Assembly: GCA_034422515.1 (NCBI GenBank)
Contig: DAOUJP010000020.1
Span: 65,590 to 129,589, forward strand
Direction of reading: 5' to 3'
Length of the DNA: 64,000 nucleotides
Source of the DNA: Chloroflexota bacterium
Lineage (GTDB): Bacteria > Chloroflexota > UBA11872 > UBA12225 > JAJDUF01
A program made the position numbers and the translations under genes. Each line of letters opens with the position of its first letter. The first letter of the stretch is position 1. Shown piece after piece: positions 57,946 to 64,000 of the stretch. A model generated the notes under the pieces. That model made no database searches. It had not been told where the DNA came from and saw only the letters and a program-made list of their open reading frames with translations.

Positions 57946-58282
57946 CCTTCCTCCTTTGCAGCACCGCTATGTACGCGATAGTTAACGCAGCGGCCGGCGC
58001 CCCGGATACAGAAACCCGGCGTGCTGGAACAGAAGCCGGCCTAGCGACCATCGGGACCATCGCTGCCGCGGCCGGCCGGGCGCGACGGTATACTCCCGGT
58101 GCTCGGAGGCGCGGCGGCATCCCTTCCGAAAGCGGAGTTGCACGACTGCGCCCGCTCGCCTCCTGACACTGCAAGATTACCTCGCACTCCCTGAGGGCAA
58201 TGGCCTGGAGCGCGAGATTATCCGGGGGAGATTATTCGAGTCCCCACGACCACGCATCCTGCACCAACACCTGCTTGGCGAG

Positions 58283-58756
58283 TTGTTTGCACTGCTGAGT
58301 CACTACACACGCCAGCGTGGTGGGCATCCCATTCAGGTCATTCTGGATGCTGACTTGCTGATGGATGCCCTGCATACGTACCTCTCGCCCGATCTAATGT
58401 ACTTCCCACCCGAGGCCGTCCCAACACTGCTGGACCTAATGATGCGCGGCCACCGCATCCATCTCCGGGACGCTCGACCAGAGTTGGTCGTCGAGGTGCT
58501 CTCACCCCGGAGCGAGGGGCGTGACCTCGTGGAGAAGCGGGCAGTCTACACCGCGGCCGGCATTCCCCACTACTGGGTTCTCGACCCGCAAGAGCAGACG
58601 TTCCGGGAGTGTGTGCTCGACCCGGGGCGCGGCGAATATGTCGAGTACCGGCACGAGCAAGCAACGGTGAGGCCATGGCTCTTTGCCCACGCGCAGCCGC
58701 CGCTCACTCTGGACCTGCCGCGCCTCTGGCCAGTGGACCGGTACCCATCGGCCTGA
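58283..58756 (+). CDS. Uma2-family (DUF820) endonuclease-like protein
   Basis: PELVVEVLSPRSEGRDLVEKRAVYTAAGIPHYWVLDP matches the Uma2 core. Confidence 0.5.
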   Translation: MFALLSHYTRQRGGHPIQVILDADLLMDALHTYLSPDLMYFPPEAVPTLLDLMMRGHRIHLRDARPELVVEVLSPRSEGRDLVEKRAVYTAAGIPHYWVLDPQEQTFRECVLDPGRGEYVEYRHEQATVRPWLFAHAQPPLTLDLPRLWPVDRYPSA

Positions 58757-58838
58757 CCTGACGCGGGCAGCGTGGTAGTGGTACAATAGAAAAGTGCCGG
58801 TCGTAACCGGAGCCGCAAGGTTCGCGGGTACGGCCAGA

Positions 58839-58921
58839 GGAGGGATGGCTGAGCGGCCGAAAGCGGCGGTCTTGAAAACCGTTGGTCGAAAGACCCGGGG
58901 GTTCGAATCCCTCTCCCTCCG
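58839..58921 (+). tRNA. tRNA-Ser (anticodon TGA), long variable arm
   Basis: Acceptor GGAGGGA/TCCCTCC, anticodon loop CTTGAAA, extra arm GGTCGAAAGACC, T-loop GGTTCGAATCC. The ends are approximate. Confidence 0.7.
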
Positions 58922-58959
58922 CCGGAAGCCTAAGCCGGACTTGCCAGGCAGCAGTCTAT

Positions 58960-59050
58960 GGAAGGGTCGCATAGTTGGCCTAGTGCGGCGGTTTGCTAAA
59001 CCGCTACAGGGGAAACCCTGTCGTGGGTTCGAATCCCACCCCTTCCGCCA
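58960..59050 (+). tRNA. tRNA-Ser (anticodon GCT) with encoded CCA
   Basis: Acceptor GGAAGGG/CCCTTCC, anticodon stem GCGGT/ACCGC with loop TTGCTAA, long variable arm, T-loop GGTTCGAATCC, 3' GCCA. Confidence 0.75.
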
Positions 59051-59288
59051 CTACACCGCTCAAGCGTGTTCCCAGCAAGGGCACGCTTCCTCTTTGGCCT
59101 AGTCCCCCAGCCACACCGCCTCGCACGCGCGAGACTACGCCGCCGTGGCACTTTGTCGCTCGCGCAGGATACATATGCTACTATAATCCTAGCTCATGCG
59201 GCAGCGGCAGTGCGCTCGCAGCCCCGCTGCCGCCGCACACGCGGTCCGCCCCCTACCACCGGCACATTGTTGACTCGCCGATGACAGA

Positions 59289-60410
59289 TTGCTGCCTATG
59301 AACCACCCTCCGGCACCCGACGACGAGCGGCGCTTTTGGCTGGCCCTCCATCGCCTGCCCGGTGTGGGGCCAAAGCGGTTTCGACAACTGCTCGACCACT
59401 TCGGCGCTATCGAGGCTGCCTGGAAAGCCACTCCGACTCAGCTCGGTCAAGCCGGGATTGATCGTCGGACGGCGGCGGCTATCGTTGAGGGACGCGGACA
59501 GGTAGACCCGGAGCGAGAAGTCGAACGGCTGGCAGCGGCGGGGATCACGGTGCTGACCTGGCTGGACGAGGACTGCTACCCGCCGCTGCTCCGCACCATT
59601 GCCGCGCCGCCGCCGGTGCTGTACGTCCGTGGCGAGCTTACTGCCCAGGATCGCAGCGCCATCGCCATCGTCGGCACGCGGCGCCGCACGACCTACGGTC
59701 GCACCGTCGCCACGAAACTGGCCGGGGACCTGGCCAGCGCCGGGCTGACCATCGTGAGCGGCCTGGCGCGGGGGATTGACGGCCACGCGCACCGGGCAGC
59801 TCTCCAGCACGGCGGGCGCACATTGGCGGTGCTCGGTCACGGCCTCGACACCATCTATCCAGCCGAGCACCGCTCCCTCGCCGCAGAGGTGGCCGCGCAG
59901 GGAGCGCTCCTGAGCGAGTATCCGCCCGGCGTTGGACCGGCGGCCGAGCATTTCCCGGTCCGCAATCGGATCATCAGTGGCTTGGCGCTGGCGACGGTGG
60001 TCGTCGAGGCCGGTGAAGCCTCGGGCGCACTCATCACGGCACGCGCCGCAGCGGACGAGGGGCGCGACGTGTTTGCGGTGCCGGGGCCGATCACCTCACC
60101 CGCGAGCCAGGGCTGTCACCAGCTCATTCAGGAAGGGGCCGGGCTGGTCAGCGCGGCGCAAGACATTCTGGACGCGCTCAACCTCCACCTGGCGCCGGCG
60201 GCCCATCAGCTGGCGATGGCGATGCCGGCCAACGACGAGGAAGCGCAGGTCCTGGCAGCCCTCCAGCGCACGCCAGGAGCACCCTGCCACATTGACGACA
60301 TCATCCGCGACTCCCAGCTTCCGGCACACACGGTCGGGAGCACGTTGACGGTGCTGATACTGAAAGGCTTGGCGCAGGAGCTGGGCAACCAGCACTACGC
60401 CAGCCTATGA
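59289..60410 (+). CDS. dprA: DNA-processing protein DprA (Smf)
   Basis: ALHRLPGVGPKRFRQLL (SAM-like) and a Rossmann-like DprA domain (IAIVGTRRRTTYGRTVA...IVSGLARGIDGHAHRAAL). Confidence 0.7.
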   Translation: MLPMNHPPAPDDERRFWLALHRLPGVGPKRFRQLLDHFGAIEAAWKATPTQLGQAGIDRRTAAAIVEGRGQVDPEREVERLAAAGITVLTWLDEDCYPPLLRTIAAPPPVLYVRGELTAQDRSAIAIVGTRRRTTYGRTVATKLAGDLASAGLTIVSGLARGIDGHAHRAALQHGGRTLAVLGHGLDTIYPAEHRSLAAEVAAQGALLSEYPPGVGPAAEHFPVRNRIISGLALATVVVEAGEASGALITARAAADEGRDVFAVPGPITSPASQGCHQLIQEGAGLVSAAQDILDALNLHLAPAAHQLAMAMPANDEEAQVLAALQRTPGAPCHIDDIIRDSQLPAHTVGSTLTVLILKGLAQELGNQHYASL

Positions 60411-60561
60411 ATGTGAGCGAGTCGGTTGCAGTGAGTATCAGTGAGCAGGTAATAAGCCGGTCCGCTACCGATGCACCGATTGCCCGTTACGGAACTGAGC
60501 AGCGCCGTTGCCCCGGCGGGCAGCGCGTCGCTGCCGCGATGCACCGAGGGGATAACGGGAG

Positions 60562-61512
60562 ATGGCAGCACGCGAGCAGGTCCAGATCGGCGCACACCTC
60601 AATGGTGGCGTGAACAAGGCCACCGCCCACGCCGACCGGATCGGTTTACGCGCCGGACCAATTCAGCTCTTTGCCCGTAGCCCTTCCGGCTGGCGCACAC
60701 CCAACCACAAAGACACGGCGGTCAGCAAGTTCCGCGCCGCGTGTGCGGAGCGCGAGCTTGGTCCCGCCTTCATCCACGGCATCTACTTGATGAACTTTGC
60801 GTCCCTCGATGAGCGCATCTACGGGAACAGTCTCGAAGCGTTGACCGCCGAGTTCCGCGTCGCGGCGCGTCTGGGCGTTGCGGGAATCGTGATCCACCCC
60901 GGCGCGGCCAAGGGCCAATCGGTGCCGGAGGCGCTGGATCGCGCGGCGGGCGCCCTCCGGCACTGTCTCGATGCGACCGCTGACGACGCCGGCGAGGTCG
61001 AGTTGCTGCTGGAGACGTGCGCCGGTCAAGGCACCACGCTCGGTCGCACGTTCGAGGAGTTGGCCGGGCTGCTGGAGCGCCTCGATCACGATCCCCGGGT
61101 CGCCATTTGCCTCGACACGTGCCACATGCACGCCGCCGGTTACAGCCTGACGCCGCAGGCCCAGCAATCGGACGCGGCGCCGGAAGCGGCCGATGCACCG
61201 GCTGCCGGGAAGTCGCGCAGCGCCGTCGTGCGACAGACCGCCTCGCTCGAAGAGACGGTGGCAGTCTGCGACCGGACGGTGGGGCTATCACGGCTGCGCT
61301 TGGTTCATGCCAACGATTCCAAGGTGCCGTTCGGCACCAATCGTGACCGCCACGAGAACATCGGCCACGGCTCAATTGGCGAGGCGGATTTTGCAGCGGT
61401 GCTCGCCCACCCGGCGTTGCGGCGCCTGCCGTTCGTCTTGGAGGTGCCGGGCTTCGACAAGAAGGGGCCGGACGCGCCCAACCTAGAGGCGCTGCGGCGC
61501 CTCGCGGGCTAG
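60562..61512 (+). CDS. nfo: Deoxyribonuclease IV (endonuclease IV, AP endonuclease family 2)
   Basis: IGAHLN..., IVIHPGA, LLETCAGQGTTLG, CLDTCHMHAAGY and HANDSK..G...DRHENIGHGSIG match the Nfo signatures. Confidence 0.7.
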   Translation: MAAREQVQIGAHLNGGVNKATAHADRIGLRAGPIQLFARSPSGWRTPNHKDTAVSKFRAACAERELGPAFIHGIYLMNFASLDERIYGNSLEALTAEFRVAARLGVAGIVIHPGAAKGQSVPEALDRAAGALRHCLDATADDAGEVELLLETCAGQGTTLGRTFEELAGLLERLDHDPRVAICLDTCHMHAAGYSLTPQAQQSDAAPEAADAPAAGKSRSAVVRQTASLEETVAVCDRTVGLSRLRLVHANDSKVPFGTNRDRHENIGHGSIGEADFAAVLAHPALRRLPFVLEVPGFDKKGPDAPNLEALRRLAG

Positions 61513-61570
61513 GCGACCTCACCTCAACCTTGTTTCACGGAGAGAGCACGCCCACATCCAGGTGCCGGTG

Positions 61571-62428
61571 CTAACTCGCCATGCTGCGTGGGCTGTGTCG
61601 CTCCGCGAACGTCACAGGCAAGGCGGCCAGTCGCGCACGCATGACCCGCACGGCCTCGGCGTTGTTGTCAATGAGGATGAAGGAGCGGCCGAGTTGGGCT
61701 GCGGCGATGCCGGTTGTGCCGCTGCCGGCGAAGAAGTCCAGCACCACGTCGCCAGGGTGCGAGGAGGCGCGGATAATCCGTTCCAGGATGCCGAGCGGCT
61801 TCTGTGTTGGGTAGCCGGTCTTCTCCTTGCCGTTCGGGCTGACAATCGTGTGCCACCACGTATCGGTGGGCAGTTTGCCGCGCGCCGCCTTCTCCGGCCC
61901 GACCAGCCCCGGTGCCATGTAGGGGATGCGGTCAATGTCGTCTACGTTGAAGGTGTAGCAGCCGGGGTCCTTGACGTAGAACAGGATGTTGTCGTGCTTG
62001 GCCGGCCATTTCTTGCGCGTGCGGGCGCCGTAGTCGTAGGCCCAGATGATCTCGTTCAGGAAGCACGCGCGCCCGAAGATGTCATCGAGCAGTACTTTGC
62101 AGTAGTGGACTTCGCGGTAGTCAATGTGGAAGTAGAGCGAGCCGGTCGGTGTGAGCACACGATAGGCCTCGACCAAGCGCGGGTGTAGAAAGGCGAGGTA
62201 GTCGTCGAACCGGTCGGCAAAGGACTTGGTGCCGAGTGTGGTCGTCTCGTAGCGCCGGCCCTGAAAACCCGTGCGGTCGCCGGTCTCGCTACGCACGGTC
62301 TTGAGTTGGGTACGGGTCTGCGTGGTGCCGGTGTTGAAGGGCGGGTCAATATAGATCAGGTCTACGGACTCGCTCGGCAGCGTTTCGAGAATCGGCAGGT
62401 TGTCGCCGTAGTAGATCGTGTTGGGCAT
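61571..62428 (-). CDS. Beta-class N4/N6 DNA methyltransferase, orphan (no adjacent restriction enzyme)
   Basis: DPPF motif near the N-terminus (LIYIDPPFNTG) and a C-terminal SAM-binding FFAGSGTTGIAA, the permuted motif order of beta-class MTases. Confidence 0.65.
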   Translation of the reverse strand: MPNTIYYGDNLPILETLPSESVDLIYIDPPFNTGTTQTRTQLKTVRSETGDRTGFQGRRYETTTLGTKSFADRFDDYLAFLHPRLVEAYRVLTPTGSLYFHIDYREVHYCKVLLDDIFGRACFLNEIIWAYDYGARTRKKWPAKHDNILFYVKDPGCYTFNVDDIDRIPYMAPGLVGPEKAARGKLPTDTWWHTIVSPNGKEKTGYPTQKPLGILERIIRASSHPGDVVLDFFAGSGTTGIAAAQLGRSFILIDNNAEAVRVMRARLAALPVTFAERHSPRSMAS

Positions 62429-62637
62429 GGAACGTCCCTCATTGATGGAGGCCAGGATAGTCAGGATAGTCAGGGCAGCCCGGTCGCCACGCTGGCGGTA
62501 GTGTACCGCGCCCGGCAGCCGCAGCGCCGGACACCGCGGTTGCCGGCGCTAAATTGCGCTGACTCCTTGACCGACTGCGCCGACCGCGCTACAGTCTGGC
62601 AGGCACGGAGCGACAAACAGCAGAGGAGCGGTACACA

Positions 62638-63597
62638 ATGAGCGATTCCGGTCGTCCGGCGTATCTCTGGCTTGACGGTGAGCTAATGCCCTGGGAGCAG
62701 GCGACGGTGCATGTCAGTATCCTGGGCTGGTCCACGATGGGCGGTGTGTTCGAGGGCATCAAGGCGTACTGGAATGCCGACCACGAGCAACTCTACGGCT
62801 GGCAGTTTTTGGAGCATTTCGAGCGGCTCGACGACTCCATGAAGATGCAGCGCATGTCGGTGCCGTACAGTCCGCAGGACTTGGCGGCGGCGGCCGTGGA
62901 CGTGTTGCAGGCCAACAACCATCGTGGTGATGCCTACGTGCGTCCGCTGGCCTACCATGCCGACGCCGATTGGTTCGGCACGCTGGAGGATAGTAGCACC
63001 AGCGTGCTGATTTGGACCAAGCCGTTCGATACCGTCTTGGGCACTGGGACCGTGGTCAAGGCCGGGGTTAGCTCGTGGACGCGCGTCTCGGATAACTCGC
63101 TCTCGCCGCGGATCAAGTGCATCTCCAACTACCAGAACAGCCGCATCGCGCTGATCGAGGCCAACCGGCACGGCTACGACCAGCCGATCTTGCTCAATGC
63201 CGACGGGAAGGTCACGGAGGGACCGGCCTCCTGCCTATTTATTGTCCGCGACGGCGTGGCGATTACGCCGAGCACGACGAGCGGTATTCTGGAGAGCATC
63301 ACCCGCCGCACGCTCTTGCACCTCTGCGAGGAAGAGTTGGGCATCCCGGTGGCCGAGCGCGAGGTGGACCGCACCGAGCTGTATATCGCAGATGAGGTGT
63401 TCTACTGCGGAACGGGCGCGGAGATAACACCCGTCGGCTCGGTTGACGGCTACCGGATCGGTGACGGCGGGATTGGCTCCATCACCACCCGGATCGAGCA
63501 CCTGTTCCACGACCTCGTGCGCGGTCGCCATGCGCGCTCGGCGGAGTGGTGTACCCCGATCTATAGCACGGCGCCGGTCAGCGCAGCCGCCGGCTGA
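62638..63597 (+). CDS. Class IV (branched-chain/D-amino-acid) aminotransferase
   Basis: LWLDGELMPWEQATVHV...GVFEGIKAY and the fold-type IV PLP pattern. Confidence 0.6.
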   Translation: MSDSGRPAYLWLDGELMPWEQATVHVSILGWSTMGGVFEGIKAYWNADHEQLYGWQFLEHFERLDDSMKMQRMSVPYSPQDLAAAAVDVLQANNHRGDAYVRPLAYHADADWFGTLEDSSTSVLIWTKPFDTVLGTGTVVKAGVSSWTRVSDNSLSPRIKCISNYQNSRIALIEANRHGYDQPILLNADGKVTEGPASCLFIVRDGVAITPSTTSGILESITRRTLLHLCEEELGIPVAEREVDRTELYIADEVFYCGTGAEITPVGSVDGYRIGDGGIGSITTRIEHLFHDLVRGRHARSAEWCTPIYSTAPVSAAAG

Positions 63598-63640
63598 CGG
63601 TGCTGCCGAACGTTCGGCCCCGGCTTGGCCCCCACCCGCA

Positions 63641-63668
63641 CCCTCCCCCGTTGCGACAGGGGAGGGAG
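63641..63668. repeat. REP-like hairpin (CCCTCCCCCGTTGCGACAGGGGAGGGAG)
   Basis: Same CCCTCCCC/GGGGAGGG arms as the other copies, immediately 3' of the aminotransferase gene. Confidence 0.6.
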
Positions 63669-63732
63669 TTGCCGTCCGACCGTGTGGCGTGCTGGGGGGT
63701 GCCCACCACCCACCACCGCCCGGAGGGACGCC

Positions 63733-64000
63733 ATGTCGGCACCGCCCAGTGTAACCCAATGGACGCAGCTCGTCGCCACGCAGTTGCCGCCCTTGAGCCG
63801 GCCCCAGGCCCGCGTGCTCGCCCTGTGGAGCCTGAGGCTGGTGCTGGCCCGCTCGTGTGGCCTCACGGCCGTCAGTGTGTTCGTGGCCAGCCTGCAGGAT
63901 CGCCAGGAAAACACCGTGCGCCAGCAACTCCGCGAGTGGTGCTACGAGGCGCCCGCCAAACGGGGGCACCAGCGCCTGGCGCTGGCGCTGGAAGCCTGGT
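63733..64000 (+). CDS. Partial ORF running off the window end (possibly a transposase N-terminus)
   Basis: ATG at 63733, open to the end (MSAPPSVTQWTQLVATQLPP...RQENTVRQQLREWCYEA). The function call is a vague recollection of IS701-like N-termini. Confidence 0.2.
   Translation, partial: MSAPPSVTQWTQLVATQLPPLSRPQARVLALWSLRLVLARSCGLTAVSVFVASLQDRQENTVRQQLREWCYEAPAKRGHQRLALALEAW

Overview
High-GC (~65-70%) bacterial chromosomal window. Core genes run at both ends: dapC-dapD, a ZIP transporter, a PQQ-type sugar dehydrogenase, an Ldh_2 oxidoreductase and an EamA transporter on the left; formate dehydrogenase alpha, a histidine-kinase/response-regulator pair, FtsE-FtsX-FtsE'-M23 peptidase, two tRNA-Ser genes, DprA, Nfo, an orphan DNA methyltransferase and a class-IV aminotransferase on the right. 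A ~33-kb integrative element of somewhat lower GC lies between ~8.0 kb and ~41.0 kb. Its right end carries an RHH protein, a large serine recombinase and a 3' remnant of a PIN-like gene. Its interior has a phage/ICE-like replication-recombination module on the minus strand (primase, Rad52-like SSAP, RadC-like JAB, hypothetical, N6-adenine methyltransferase, DEAD/SNF2-like helicase, HTH regulator). It also carries a dense defence island with three parts. (i) A sigma-70/ECF-like factor, an XRE-HTH protein and a 1133-aa ImmA/IrrE-peptidase–UvrD-helicase–RecB/Cas4-like nuclease fusion; this is the best candidate for an undescribed signalling or defence module. (ii) A Ubl–E2–JAB–E1 ubiquitin-like conjugation operon (Bil/6E-like), preceded by the same 15-nt motif that precedes the sigma operon. 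(iii) A DUF3883 SNF2 helicase, an AlbA_2/HATPase protein, a low-GC HEPN-like ORF, a DUF1156 adenine methyltransferase, a DUF433/DUF5615 toxin-antitoxin pair and a DUF499 ATPase. A GC-rich palindromic REP-like repeat family (core CCCTCCCCCG...CGGGGGAGGG) occurs at least five times in core intergenic regions and none was seen inside the element. Many long antisense ORFs in the track are GC-driven shadow ORFs. Coordinates counted by hand may be off by a few nucleotides.
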